Under the pieces are notes generated by a model that had not been told where the DNA came from, did no database searches, and was given only the letters and a program-made list of their open reading frames with translations. Shown here piece by piece: positions 1-12,922 of a stretch of 64,000 nt of DNA. This DNA is from Eledone cirrhosa (Eukaryota), in NCBI GenBank assembly GCA_964016885.1, contig OZ024746.1:98890001-98954000 (forward strand), read 5' to 3'. Both the position numbers and the translations under genes were made by a program. Each line of letters begins with the position of its first letter. The stretch's first letter is position 1.

Positions 1-83
1 AGGGCTTTGACAGGTTGTTGCGTTTGAGACATGTTGGGTCAGGTGACCGTGTCTTGCTCACACAGAACTCAGTGTGGACTCAA

Positions 84-703
84 TGCTTTTTGTCATGACA
101 CCTACATGACCACTTTACAGTGTGTGCTGGGTGCTTTTTGTCATGACACCTACATGACCACTTTACAGTGTGTGCTGGGTGCTTTTTGTCATGACACCTA
201 CATGACCACTTTACAGTGTGTGCTGGGTGCTTTTTGTCATGACACCTACATGACCACTTTACAGTGTGTGCTGGGTGCTTTTTGTCGTGACACCTACATG
301 ACCACTTTACAGTGTGTGCTGGGTGCTTTTTGTCATGACACCTACATGACCACTTTACAGTGTGTGCTGGGTGCTTTTTGTCATGACACCTACATGACCA
401 CTTTACAGTGTGTGCTGGGTGCTTTTTGTCATGACACCTACATGACCACTTTACAGTGTGTGCTGGGTGCTTTTTGTCATGACACCTACACGTTCACTTT
501 ACAGTGTGTGCTGGGTGCTTTTTGTCATGACACCTACACGTTCACTTTACAGTGTGTGCTGGGTGCTTTTTGTCATGACACCTACACGACCACTTTACAG
601 CATGGACTGGGTGCTTTTTGTCATGACACCTACACGACCACTTTACAGCATGGACTGGGTGCTTTTTGTCATGACACCTACACGACCACTTTACAGTGTG
701 TGT
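84..703. repeat. 48-bp minisatellite (~13 copies) amplified from the RTE 3'UTR repeat unit
   Basis: Unit gtgctgggtgctttttgtcatgacacctacatgaccactttacagtgt; preceded (1-70) by RTE 3'-tail sequence in minus orientation. Confidence 0.92.
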
Positions 704-787
704 GTCAACAAAGTGCAACAAAGTATTCACCAGAGCTCAGTCTACAGTTCATTTCTGTTTATTATGATTCTCCAAGCCATGAGGAGT

Positions 788-1718
788 TTAACCCTTTAGT
801 ATTTAAACCGGCCATATTTGGCCACAATTCTCTCACCTGTTTCTGTTCAAACTGGCTGTAACCTGCCACTCATACTGATGTTAAGGTATTGTTTTCAAAA
901 TAAATAATATCAAAATCTCATATATTCGATATTATGTGAGATAAAGCCTTTACCATGAAAATACAATAGTAAATATAGAGTAATATAAATGTTATGTGAG
1001 ATAATTATGTGAGATAAAGCCTTTACCATGAAAATACAATAGTAAATATAGAGTAATATAAATGTTATGTGAGATAATTATGTGAGATAAAGCCTTTACC
1101 ATGAAAATATAATAGTAAATATAGAGTAATGTAAATGTTATGTGAGATAATTATGTGAGATAAAGCCTTTACCATGAAAATACAATAGTAAATATAGAGT
1201 AATGTAAATGTTATGTGAGATAATTATGTGAGATAAAGCCTTTACCATGAAAATACAATAGTAAATATAGAGTAATGTAAATGTTATGTGAGATAATTAT
1301 GTGAGATAAAGCCTTTACCATGAAAATACAATAGTAAATATAGAGTAATGTAAATGTTATGTGAGATAATTATGTGAGATAAAGCCTTTACCATGAAAAT
1401 ACAATAGTAAATATAGAGTAATGTAAATGTTATGTGAGATAATTATGTGAGATAAAGCCTTTACCATGAAAATACAATAGTAAATATAGAGTAATGTAAA
1501 TGTTATGTGAGATAATTATGTGAGATAAAGCCTTTACCATGAAAATACAATAGTAAATATAGAGTAATGTAAATGTTATGTGAGATAATTATGTGAGATA
1601 AAGCCTTTACCATGAAAATACAATAGTAAATATAGAGTAATGTAAATGTTATGTGAGATAATTATGTGAGATAAAGCCTTTACCATGAAAATACAATAGT
1701 AAATATAGAGTAATGTAA
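788..1718. repeat. piggyBac-like MITE whose internal segment is amplified to a 73-bp tandem array (~11 copies, 932-1718)
   Basis: Starts TTAACCCTTTAG; 73-bp period (aaagcc at 943, 1016 ...) matches the body of the MITE found elsewhere in the window. Confidence 0.9.
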
Positions 1719-1719
1719 G

Positions 1720-3057
1720 ATAAGATGTGCATGGGAACTTCTGTATACTGACATTGTTATTGGAGAATCTGAAATTCCTACTGTGGAAATAACTGAGGAC
1801 CAAAGTCAACTAAGTAAAGACCAACATTTTATTAAATAGTGAAGAGGGCAAGATTCCAATTCCATCAGAGTATTGGCTGTGTTCAGTATGTAGAAAAAGA
1901 GTAAATAGGAACTCTACAATGTACAAAATGTAAATGAGATTGTAGGTAGTCTAACAGAAAAGGTAGACTTTGTATGTAGGAGATGCACAGGAGTAGTTGG
2001 TAGTAAGAGTCCTAGTAAAAGAAACTTTTTCTGAATTCTGGGAAAGCTCCATAGAATTAGTTGATAGCTTCTGTTACCCAAGTGACCTAATTAGAAAAGA
2101 GGGTTGCTCTAAAAGCATAGTATCTAGAACAGAGGTTCTCAAACTTTTTGGGCCACCACCCCGCTCATGACCACATAAGACCTTTAGCATATCATTTGAT
2201 ATTTAACCCTTTAGTATTCACATTACTCTATATATACTATTATATTTTGGTAGTAAACACTTTATCTTACATAATTATCTCACATAATATCGAATCTATG
2301 AGATTTTGATGTTATTTATCTTGAGAACAATACCTTAACATTAGTATGAGTGGCCAGTTACAGCTGATTTGAACAGAAAGAGGTGAGAAATTTCCAGTTT
2401 GAATGCTAAAGGGTTAATATACTATTATATCATCTCTACACTCCCCTCCCCTTTAGACCCTCTGGACCTTCTCAACACCCCCAGGAGGCAGTAGCACCCA
2501 CTTTGAGAACCTCTGATCTAGAATAAGAACTGGATAGAAAACGTTGACGGAGTTACTACCTCTCTTGACAACAAAAGGTTTCTCTTTTTAAAGGAAAGGA
2601 TAGCTGTATGATACTTGTGTGCATTGTACAATGTTGCATGGAAGTGAAACATGGGCGGTAAATGCAGAGGATATGTGAAAGCTGGAGAGAAATGAAGGGA
2701 GCATGCTTCAATTGATGTGTGTAAATAATAAAGTATGGATGAACTGAGAGAAAAGCTAGGTTTAAAAGGGAATCAGATGTAATGTGCAAGAGGGAAGACT
2801 GTTTGTATGGGCATGTAATGCATATAGCTGATGATCTTTGAGTGAAGAAATGACAGGTATGGCAACTGAAACTGCAGTATAGGAAGACAAAGGAGAATCT
2901 GGGCATAAGTAGTGAGAGTGGATTGTAGAACACTGAACCTGAGAGAGGAGATAATGGAGGAACACAACGAGTGGAGGGAATATTTGGTGAAAAAAACCCA
3001 TTCAACCCTTGCAAGCATGTAAAAATGGATGTAAAAAGGATGATGAGAATGATGATA
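1720..3057 (+). mobile_element. Degenerate RTE LINE 3' fragment interrupted by MITEs
   Basis: Decayed homology to RTE copies at 34000-35470 (FVCRRC, LHGSE.W, YGHVM-like segments), (TGA)n-like tail. Confidence 0.7.
2130..2515. mobile_element. hAT (Charlie-like) MITE with 8-bp TSD, containing a piggyBac-like MITE (2203-2417)
   Basis: TIRs cagaggttctcaaa / tttgagaacctctg; TSD atctagaa at 2122-2129 and 2516-2523; internal TTAA-CCCTTTAG...CTAAAGGG-TTAA. Confidence 0.88.
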
Positions 3058-3060
3058 CAT

Positions 3061-3096
<36 letters not shown>

Positions 3097-3157
3097 TGAG
3101 TACCTTATTAACTGTAGTTACCCCCGATTAAACCCGACACACAGACACACACACATA

Positions 3158-4738
3158 CAGTGCCCCGCAAAAGTTTACAACACATTAGGAAAAATGCGGT
3201 TTTAGGTATTTTTAATAAAGTTAGGGTAATGAAGAACATATAATGAGGCATTTAATGATACAATCATATTTAAAAAAAAATAACAAGGAAATAACTCATG
3301 AAGAAAAATTAATATTTTTATAACGCAAAAGTTTACAACACATTTTATATTTATTGCTTTTTTTTCAAGAAAATTCTTAAATTTTCAGATTTAAAATTCA
3401 GGAGAATGTTCTAGATTAGGTTTAAGGTAACTTCTAAGGACTATTAAAAACATTACGTCATTATTTGTCTGACAACCATCCTGTAAACATTGACAATATG
3501 GGGAAAAATAAACTGATTGATCAAGACCTCCGTAAACGCATTGTAGACCTTCATACAAATGGTGTTGGTTATAGAAAGATATCTTGTCAGTTAAATGTGC
3601 CATTGAGTTCACTTGGTACTATAATTCATCACTGGAAATCTCATCATTTCATCTGTCCTCTAATTAGTTCTGGTCGTCCTAGAAAGATAACGGAACGTGC
3701 AGCTCGGTTATTGACGAGAAAAGTTGGCAACGAACCTCGGTGTACTCTTAAAAATCTTCAGGATGACCTAGAAGGAAGTGGAGTAAAAGTGAGCACAGAT
3801 ACAATTAGTTGTTCACTTCGTAGATATAATATCTTCTCGAGATCTCCAAGGAAAACACCACTTCTTACGAGGAAACACGTTCTTCGTTGATTAAACTTTG
3901 CAAATGAGCATCTCATCAAACCTGCGTCATTTTGGGAAGATGTATTTTGGTCGGACGAAATCAAAATTGAACTTTTTGGTCGAAATGCTGTGGCAAAAGT
4001 CTGGAGAAAGAAAGGTACTGAATATTCGCCGAAGAATACTATTCCAACTGTATAATTTGGAGGTGGATCAATCATGGTCTGGGGTTGCTTTAGTGCCACA
4101 GGTGTAGGAAATATTGAAATAATAGAAGGAAGAATGGATGGTGCTTATTATAGAGGTATTTTGCAAAGGAATTTACATCAAAGTGCACATTCACTCAGCT
4201 TAAAGCCAGGTTGGTTTTTTTCAACAAGGTAACGATCCAAAGCATACTGCAAAGCTAACACAATCTTGGTTAAGTATGAATGGAACAAATGTTCTAAAAT
4301 GGCCAAGTCAGTCTCCAGATCTTAACTTGATCGAAAATTTGTGGAGAGAACTGAAACTCAGAATTCAAAAAAGGAAACCCCAAAATATCCCTGAACTAAA
4401 GAAAATTTGTTGTGAAGAATGGAAAAATATTAGCCAAGAAACATGCAAGAAGTTTGTAGGAGGCTACTCCAAACGCCTACAGGCTGTAATTAGCAACAAA
4501 GGTTACGCTACGAAATATTAAGAGATGATTTAATAAATGTGTTGTAAACTTCTGCGTTATAAAAATACTGATTTTTCTTCATGAGTTATTTCCTTGTTAT
4601 TTTTTTTAAAATATGATTGTATCATTAAATGCTTCATTATATGTTCTACCAGTAGTTAAATTTTCATTACCCTAACTTTATTAAAAATACCTAAAACCGC
4701 ATTTTTCCTAATATGTTGTAAACTTTTGCGGGGCACTG
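3158..4738 (+). mobile_element. Full-length Tc1 DNA transposon (IR/DR type, DD34E), inactivated
   Basis: TA TSD on both sides, CAGTG termini, ~190-200-bp TIRs with inner/outer direct repeats gcaaaagtttacaacacatt; transposase inside. Confidence 0.96.
3498..4521 (+). pseudogene. Tc1 transposase pseudogene
   Basis: MGKNKLID...GRPRK...WSDEIKIELFG...GGGSIMVWGCF...QQ(G)NDPKH...WPSQSPDLNLIENLW...KGYATKY; in-frame TGA at 3888, frameshift in poly-T near 4215-4221, second catalytic Asp GAT>GGT; spacing to Glu is 34 aa. Confidence 0.95.
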
Positions 4739-5016
4739 TATATATATATATATATTAGTGGACTACTACCATCACACTCCTAACTATAGTAGCATATCAA
4801 AAACAAAAACACCACAACTTTCCACATATCTGATGAGAACATGTCAAAGAGTTATCATACAATGACTTTGATGTCTTTGAAATACATATAACAGGATTAT
4901 ATAATAAACAGAGGATGTATATTTAAAACCGTCTCTCTTCTTTATAATAATGACACTACGCTTGATACCTTCTTGATAACACTTTAAGGAATACAAGTTG
5001 TAGAGTGCTTTATGTC

Positions 5017-5017
<1 letters not shown>

Positions 5018-5050
<33 letters not shown>

Positions 5051-5360
5051 TTCATTTTACGTCCGCTTTTCCCTGCTTGCAAGGGTGGGACGGGAATTGA
5101 TTCTGGCTTGATTTCTACAGCTGGATGCCCTTCCTAACACCAACCTCATTTACAGTGAGTGCTGGGTGGTTTTTTTCCGTGGCACCTCCACGACCACTTT
5201 GCAGTGGAATGATATGGACCCCAGTCCCTATCATCTCATTTCTACAGCTGAGTAAACTGGAGCAATGTGAAATAAAGTGTCTTGCTCAAGGAAACAACAC
5301 ATCACCTGGTCTGAGAATTGAACTCACAACCTTTCGATTGCAAGGCCAATGCTCTAACCA
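5018..5360 (-). mobile_element. tRNA-derived CORE-like SINE with RTE-derived tail (family SINE-A)
   Basis: Near-identical to 16317-16662; (CAT)n tail; 5' end slightly truncated. Confidence 0.85.
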
Positions 5361-5770
5361 GACGATATACCGGAAGTGCAACTTTGAAAAGAAGTGAATT
5401 TTAAATTATATATTTTTACGAAATTATTTTTGTTTTCGAAATTTAGTAGATAAATTATGTAATATTCATTCATTATTTATTCAAAGTAATCCAACTTATT
5501 TTACAAATGGGATAAAAAAAAAAACCGTACGCAGTTCCGCAGACTTTCCTTTATTATAGTTTAGACTACATGCATACATAGAATATAATAGTTGGTGTTA
5601 GGAAGGGCATACAACCATTAGAAACTATGCCCAAATCTGAAGAACTCTAAGCAAGATATAAACTCTGACTCACCTGAGAGGACAGTAGCTCCTGGAAGGT
5701 ACTAACTTGGTTTGTGACAACCCGTCCAACCTATATCAGGATGAGGAGGCTCTCTCAGTCATGTCAAGGA

Positions 5771-6707
5771 CATGACAACCTCCCTAGTGTTGGTGATCTA
5801 CACGACAACCTCCCTAGTGTTGGTGATCTACATGACAACCTCCCTAGTGTTGGTGATCTACACGACAACCTCCCTAGTGTTGGTGATCTACACGGCAACC
5901 TCCCTAGTGTTGGTGATCTACACGGCAACCTCCCTAGTGTTGGTGATCTACATGATGACAACCTCCCTAGTGTTGGTGATCTACATGATGACAACCTCCC
6001 TAGTGTTGGTGATCTACATGACAACCTCCCTAGTGTTGGTGATCTACACGGCAACCTCCCTAGTGTTGGTGATCTACATGATGACAACCTCCCTAGTGTT
6101 GGTGATCTACATGATGACAACCTCCCTAGTGTTGGTGATCTACATGACAACCTCCCTAGTGTTGGTGATCTACACGACAACCTCCCTAGTGTTGGTGATC
6201 TACACGGCAACCTCCCTAGTGTTGGTGATCTACACGGCAACCTCCCTAGTGTTGGTGATCTACACAACAACCTCCCTAGTGTTGGTGATCTACATGATGA
6301 CAACCTCCCTAGTGTTGGTGATCTACATGACAACCTCCCTAGTGTTGGTGATCTACATGACAACCTCCCTAGTGTTGGTGATCTACATGATGACAACCTC
6401 CCAAGTGTTGGTGATCTACATGACAACCTCCCTAGTATTGGTGATCTACATGACAACCTCCCTAGTGTTGGTGATCTACATGATGACAACCTCCCAAGTG
6501 TTGGTGATCTACATGACAACCTCCCAAGTGTTGGTGATCTACATGACAACCTCCCAAGTGTTGGTGATCTACATGACAACCTCCCTAGTATTGGTGATCT
6601 ACACGACAACCTCCCTAGTGTTGGTGATCTACACGACAACCTCCCTAGTGTTGGTGATCTACATGACAACCTCCCTAGTGTTGGTGATCTACACGACAAC
6701 CTCCCTG
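5771..6707. repeat. 30/33-bp minisatellite (~31 copies)
   Basis: Unit gacaacctccctagtgttggtgatctacat with occasional +gat; explains the three overlapping repetitive ORFs. Confidence 0.95.
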
Positions 6708-7409
6708 ATATTTTGATATTATTTATTTTGAGAACAATACCTTAACATAAGTATGAGAGGCTGTAAACCAGTTTGAAAAGAAAGAGGTGAGAGAATTCTG
6801 GCTGGATATGGCCAGTTTAAATACTAAAGGATTAAACATATGATGTGTATGGTGGATGTCAGATGTATAAAGAAATGCAGACCTCTTGAAATTGTTTTAA
6901 CCTAGACATAGGAAGACATAGAGACAGTGGTGAAAACTGACCTCATGTCAGAAATGCACCCAGAAAGTTGTAGGGAGGAGGAGGAGGTAGAGAGGGTGGA
7001 TTGGATGCAGCCATAACTTAGGGCAGGCATGGGCAACCTTCTTTTGAGCAGTTGCCTGAGAAGATGTGGCTCATAATATGCCAGGTCGCACTACCAAAAC
7101 ATTCAAGGCAGTTTTGAAATTAGGCATGTCATTCAGAAAGCCAAACAGGCCACATATGACCTGTGGGCCATAGGTTGCCCACAACCCATTGAGAGGTCCC
7201 CTCTTTATGTGGGCAGCACCGAGCTAAGAAGAATATAGGAATGGAAAGATGAGTGTCGGTGGGCAGTCAAAGTTTTGATAGACCCCCCTAGTTTGTGGGT
7301 TGTGTCGTAGAGAGAATTGGGAGGAGGGTGGTGACCTAATAGGAATGTGTAGGATGTCCTCTGCCTGCTATAGTGGATGGGTTCCTCTTTTTTCCCCGAC
7401 ACTGCAAGC

Positions 7410-7835
7410 TGTTGGTCATCATGGTACTTTGTCGTTTTGATTCCAGGCTTTGTTCCCAAGTCTGAAATTTCTTCTTTAACTCCACTAGGGTTTTAGCTAG
7501 GTCATCTGCATACAGGACTTTGTTAGGACAACCAGTCTTAAAGTCTTGAAGGATTATAATAAATAGCAGAGGACTAAGGACTGAGCTTTGATGGACCCCT
7601 ACCTGTACACTAAATTCATCACTGTATTTGCTCACGGTGCTCATTTTTTCTGACTGCCATATTCCACTCCTTGTACATAGCTAAGCCATTTATCTATTTC
7701 TAGATTCCTTGGTGCCTATTAGATCATAGAGCTTGGGACTCTGTCAAAGGACTTCTCCAGATTAATAATTGTTAACTTTAGGGTTTTATACTTAGCTTGG
7801 TACTTCTCTAGTTGTCCCACTAGAAATATGGCACA
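7410..7835 (-). mobile_element. Degenerate RTE reverse-transcriptase fragment
   Basis: FSVQVGVHQSSVLSPLLFII...LYADDL...ELKKKFQTW. Confidence 0.85.
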
Positions 7836-8105
7836 AATCGAAACTACATCTCTTCTACTTTAATTATCCATTGGTTTCAATGGCAAATGAAATTAAAAAT
7901 TATTTATATTGAGAACAATACCTTAACATCAGTAAGAGTGGCTAGTTACAGCCAGTTTGAACAGAAAGAGGTGAGAGAATTCTGGCTGGCTATGGCTGGT
8001 TTAAATGCTAAAGGGTAAAAACATCCCATCTAACCCATACCAACATGGGAAAGGCAATGTTGAAGATGATGATGTATCTCTGAAACTATCATAAATCTGC
8101 CAGAA

Positions 8106-8305
8106 TTAACCCTTTAGCCATTACTCTATATTTAATACTTTATTTCACATAATTATCTCACATTCTATCAAATCTACGAGATTTTTATATTATTTTGAGA
8201 ACAATATCTTAACATCAGTATGAGCAGCCAGTTAGGGCTGGTTTGAACAGAAAAAGGTGAGAGAATTCTGGCTGGATATGGCCAGTTTAAATGCTAAAGG
8301 GTTAA
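8106..8305 (+). mobile_element. piggyBac-like non-autonomous MITE, representative of ~18 copies (e.g. 2203, 11009-11512, 15089-15535, 21068-21365, 24118-24372, 24468-24662, 25172-25401, 27516-27731, 37142-37409, 37828-38051, 49160-49572, 59446-59660)
   Basis: TTAA TSD plus TIR CCCTTTAGCATTTA; ~200-260-bp conserved non-coding body. Confidence 0.85.
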
Positions 8306-8929
8306 TTTAAATGCAGGACTAAAATAGGAGTTCAAACACAGGTATCATATAATCTGCCCTTTACTTTGAGAGTGAAGCCCTTTATTGCTAGCAGAGGTAA
8401 CAGCTCTCTGAACTTCTTCCAGCCTTCTTCTTATTCTGGTTACATTTTCCTCACATCCACATTCACTGTTATTAAGGTTACTTAGATAGAAAAAGCTTTA
8501 CTAATTCTAATGAACTTTGCGACTATCTTTTACAAAACAGTATCATCATCATCACTGTTTTATGTCCATTTTTCCATGCTAGCAAGGGTTTGACAAGTTA
8601 TCCTTTTGTGGGCAATGCTAGGTCAGGTGACCATGTCTTGCTCATACAGAACTGATTTTGTCTTGGTTTCTACGACTGGATGCCCTTTCTAAGGGCAACC
8701 TCATTTACAGTGTGGGCTGGGTGCTTTTTGTCGTGAAGCCTACACAACCACTTTACAGTGTGGACTGGGTGCTCTTTGTCATGACATCTACACAACCACT
8801 TTATAGTGTGGGCTGGGCGAGTATCTACTGATAAATAAATAAGAAAGTGGCTGCACTTGTTAATTAAAAGAGACAACTAAATTAGTATTAACATATAAAG
8901 TGATTGAAGGATACATAATAACTGGATAC

Positions 8930-9165
8930 ATAATGATGTCGGGGGTTCAATTTCTGGGTGGGTTGAGTGTTGTGTTCTTAAGTGCCGCTCCAGTATACTC
9001 AACTGAAAATGAGTACCAGTAATAGTTGGGGGTTTAACCCTGCAATGGACTGGTGTCCCATCTGGGGTGGGGGGGAGTCTTATACTCTCAGTCGCTTAAT
9101 GCCGTGCAAACCGGGATATGAACCGGGGCCTGATGAGCATCCAAGCTTGAAACAGACTTACTAAT
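8930..9165 (+). mobile_element. Older degenerate SINE-like element (B-box, CORE-like block, aaccctgcaatggactgg block); tail fragments also near 9280-9355 and 9560-9630
   Basis: ggttcaatttc B-box, ctccagtatactcaactgaaaatgagtacc, repeated tail accgg..cctgatgagc..gcttgaaacagact. Confidence 0.5.
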
Positions 9166-9699
9166 TCTAACACAGCAGGCAAACATTTAGATCTTCCCTC
9201 ACTATCATGAAAGATTAGTTATATAGTTATAGTTATAGGACTTTACTTGATGTATGTTAAGGTATCAACCAGGGGAAGTCTTGTACTCTCAGTTGCTTCA
9301 CACCGCAGAAACCAGAATAAACACCTGCCTGGTGAGCTTCCAAGCTCGAGACAGACAGTAGATTGGTACATAAGAACGTGGTTTAATGTAATGTTATTGA
9401 AGGCTACATATTGGAAAAGTTGTATATATTGTTAGTAGAAGGTAGTTGTAATACAGGTAGATGAAGGAAAGCTTAAGTAGAACATTTGGCTTCATAACTT
9501 AGACATTACTAGACTGAAGGCATATAGCTTAGTGGTAAGAGTGTTGGACTTACAGTATTGTACTCACTTAAGAGCATGAAAACCAGGTAAGCACCGGCCT
9601 AACGAGCCTTCTGGCTTGAGACAGACTTTTTTCTTTTTTAGTTTAAACTAGGATACCTACTGTATTGCAGAACTTTCCATCTAAACCAAGTTGTTCTTC

Positions 9700-10420
9700 T
9701 TTCCTGAGAGGGACATGGTGGCAGAGTCCTCAAACACTCCTTCCAGTGGGTCCTGTCAGAAGCAACCATCTCCAACTGATCTGGTTGGATCCCCAAGTGA
9801 GACCACTCAAGCTTATGGATGTTATCCAACCATCTTGCTCGGGGTCTCCTACCGGTTGGTTTTTGCCTGTAAAAAATCTGTCCAGCAATTCTTTCTGAGA
9901 CATACTAACTACATGAGCATAGTATTGGAGCTGTGCTCTCTCAATTCGGAAAAGTAGCGGCTCTACCTGGAGTGATTCTCTGATTTCTGAGCTATGCACT
10001 CTATCGATTAATGTTACTTCAAAGACCCTTTGGAGGAATCCCATTTTGGCCCTTTGTATTTGCAATCATATTATTTTGGTCATTACCTAAAATTCCTGAC
10101 CATATAATAAGGATTGACACAAATATCGATTGAAGAGAGTAAGTCTGATTTTTACACCTACCTCCCTTCTGATTACTGAATGCTGAAGCTGGTGCATTAT
10201 TGCACCAGCTTCTGCAATTATTGCACTTAATTCTGTCTCCTGCCTTCCATCACTCGTGAACATGGCCCTGAGATACTTGAACATCTCTAGCTGCTTCAGG
10301 GGAACTCCATTTACATGTAGAGTGTACTGTGCAGGCTTCCTTGTGAGGACCTGTGTCTAGTTTTTGCAGCACTGATTTTTATTCCAACCATGCAGCACTC
10401 AGAATCAAACCTATCAAGAT
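9700..10420 (-). mobile_element. RTE-clade LINE (second family) 3' ORF fragment; related pieces at 50095-50545 and 52545-52770
   Basis: FKYLRAMFTSDGRQETEL...LLYGQE...MGFLQRVFEVTLIDRVHSSEIRESLQVEPLLFRIER...HVVSM. Confidence 0.8.
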
Positions 10421-10659
10421 AGTATGTTATATTGTAGATTATTCCGTCCATTTCAATAGACTGGATATAAATAATCAGCTCTTTGGCTGGTAATTATATT
10501 GCTACGAACTTGATCAGATGAGATTCTCCATAATCAGTTTAGCTTCCTCACTAATGAACTCAGAGAGCAGATAAATAACGAGAGCGAGAGAGAGAGAGAG
10601 GCCAAATACAGAGTAAACTATATAGAAAGAAAAAAAAAATACTATTAAATCAGTCACTC

Positions 10660-10912
10660 ACACATGTACACCAGGTCCGAACACAGAGGAACCAAACTCC
10701 CACTGTCACCGCCCACACCCTCCCCATCACATGTACACCAGGTCCGAACACAGAGGAACCAAACTCCCACTGTCACCGCCCACACCCTCCCCATCACATG
10801 TACACCAGGTCCGAACACAGAGGAACCAAACTCCCACTGTCACCGCCCACACCCTTCCCATCACATGTACACCAGGTCCGAACACAGAGAAACCAAACTT
10901 CCACTGTCACGG
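10660..10912. repeat. 67-bp tandem repeat (~4 copies)
   Basis: Unit starts acatgtacaccaggtccgaacacagagg; period 67. Confidence 0.9.
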
Positions 10913-11699
10913 ATAATATAAAACTATATGGTATTGTGTAGTTAAAGCAGTTAACGTTTAGTTAAGAATGGAGCCAGTTCTAGGATAATGTATATAAGTC
11001 TGGCAGTCTTTAACCCTGTAGCATATAGACAATATGCCTCCACCTCCTTCCACTGCAAAGTGGTTGTGGAGGTGTCACGACAAAAAAGCACCCAGCCCAC
11101 ACTGTAAGGTGGTCGTGTAGGCGCCACGGAAAAAAAGCACCCAGTAAAATTGGTGTTAGGAAGGGCATCCAGCTGTAGAAATCAAGCCAGAATCAGTTCC
11201 CTTATGAGCAAGACAAGGTCACCCGACCTGGTACTGCCCACAACAGGACAACCCATCCAACCCATGCTAGCATAGAAGAACGGACGTAAAACGGTGATGA
11301 TGATTATATATATATATTAATATAGTTTCACGGTAAAGGCTTTACTTCACATTATTATCTCACATAATATCGAATCTATGATATTTTGATATTATATATT
11401 TTGAGAACAATACCTTAACATCAGTATGAATGGCTGTTTACAGCCGGTTTGAACAAAAAGAGGTGAGACAATTCTGGCCAGATATGGCTGGTTTAAATAC
11501 GATAAGGGTTAAAGCAGTTAATGTTTAATTAAGAATGGAGCCAGTTCTAGGATTATGTATAAGTCTGGAAAGTCTTTAAAATGTGATTCATCAGTGAGTC
11601 AAACTAAGTTAAGATATAGAACAAAAATAAATTTAAATGAAGATTTTATTATTTGTGTTAAGGCAATATTTGTATTGCTGAGTATCAAGGCCCAAGATG

Positions 11700-12322
11700 C
11701 AAGCAGGACATTGTACACTGCCCGGGCGTAACCGACCTGTGGAACTACGCAGAACAACTGCTGTCACATATGGGACAAATACAGTTGACTGCCAAGTCCA
11801 TAGTAAGGATCAAACCACCAACTTCTTTCAAAAATGAAAGAGAAGCGGTTTTCCTCTGTATAGTGGCTATGGTAAAAGAGATTATATGGTGGACGAGATT
11901 GAGAGGACTGAGGACAGAAGCCTTTCTCTCCGGACAACAACTCATTCCCTTCTTTAGGTACCACTTTAGAAGGAGAATCAGAGTGGAGAGAGAGGCACTT
12001 CACCCTAGTAAATTTACTGAAAGGTGGGTGAATGTAGCAAAAATGGCCCGAGTGATTGGGCCTTCTCTGTATATAAACCTGTAGGTTAAAGAAGAGAGCA
12101 AGTTAAGGAAGAAAGGAGCACTTGCACAACATGCTCCTGGAGTTGAGGGTTGTTCTATTTACAGGGTATTAAACAACCCATTTGTAACGCCTCCCCCCCT
12201 ACTGGGGATTTCGATTGTTGAATTTGTTTTAAAAATATTTTTACGCGATTGTATGTAAAATCCACGACATGTGTCTGTATTGTCCCCTTTCCTTGTGCGC
12301 CCTTGTGGTAAATAAAGAAATA
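11700..12322 (+). mobile_element. Tx1/L1-clade LINE 3' end (C-terminal ORF2 plus 3'UTR)
   Basis: HCPGVTDLW remnant of the C-terminal Cys-His motif, IIWWTR, FTERW, stop at 12084, tail ...ggtaaataaagaaata. Confidence 0.65.
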
Positions 12323-12730
12323 TATCTATTATTTTATTTATTACTACAGAAAGGAAAGGCAGTGTCTATTGTTTTCTAGGAAGTTGTTTTAGGCCTTCCA
12401 GCATTAGAAGGAGATCAGAATGGCTGAGATTAATGCAGTTAATGTCTAGAGAAAATAGCCGCAGGGAAGTAGCTTTATGAGAAAAGGTTAGGTCAAGTGT
12501 TTAGTGCAGGATATAAATGATGTCAGATCGAACCAAGGAAATTATGTTTCTATTAGTCTTTTCACCGTTTATAATATCTGTTGGCTGCCGCAATTTCTGG
12601 CAGAAGGAGGCAGGGTTTGAACTAAGAACAGAGACAGATTAGACAGTACAAAGCATCCTAGCAACATTTTTAACAACTAGAAATTTTTTCAACACGCTGA
12701 TGTTTGTATGAGTATATTATAAATGTACAA

Positions 12731-12922
12731 GGGCAGTGGGTTGGCAGTATCGGTAATGTCAGACACCATGCTTTGCAGCATAGAGTTATGGCCCTTTGTG
12801 TTCTGAGTTCAAATCCCACCGAGGTTTACTTTGCCTTTCATACTTACAGGGTTGATAAAATAAAGTACCAGTAATGCACTGGGATAATTTCTGGCCTTGT
12901 GCCAAAAGTAGAAACAATTGTT
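12731..12922 (+). mobile_element. tRNA-derived SINE family B, representative (others: 14535-14730 -, 20655-20845 +, 27980-28164 -, 46812-47000 +, 48570-48728 +, 49243-49422 +, 51134-51335 +, 54243-54412 -, 56275-56397 -)
   Basis: A-box-like tggcagtatcgg, B-box gagttcaaatcc, body gcctttcatccttacggggtcgataaaataaagtaccag, tail gtagaaacaatt(att). Confidence 0.85.

Noticed and set aside
5714-6745. 343-aa (DNLPSVGDLH)n ORF and overlapping ORFs
   Set aside because: 30/33-bp minisatellite open in several frames; the ORF ends inside a MITE. The frame-preserving +3 indels are simple GAT slippage.
9129-9160. CTGATGA...GAAA hammerhead-like motif
   Set aside because: No convincing stems I-III, and related SINE tail copies at 9328-9355 and 9597-9627 do not conserve the core.
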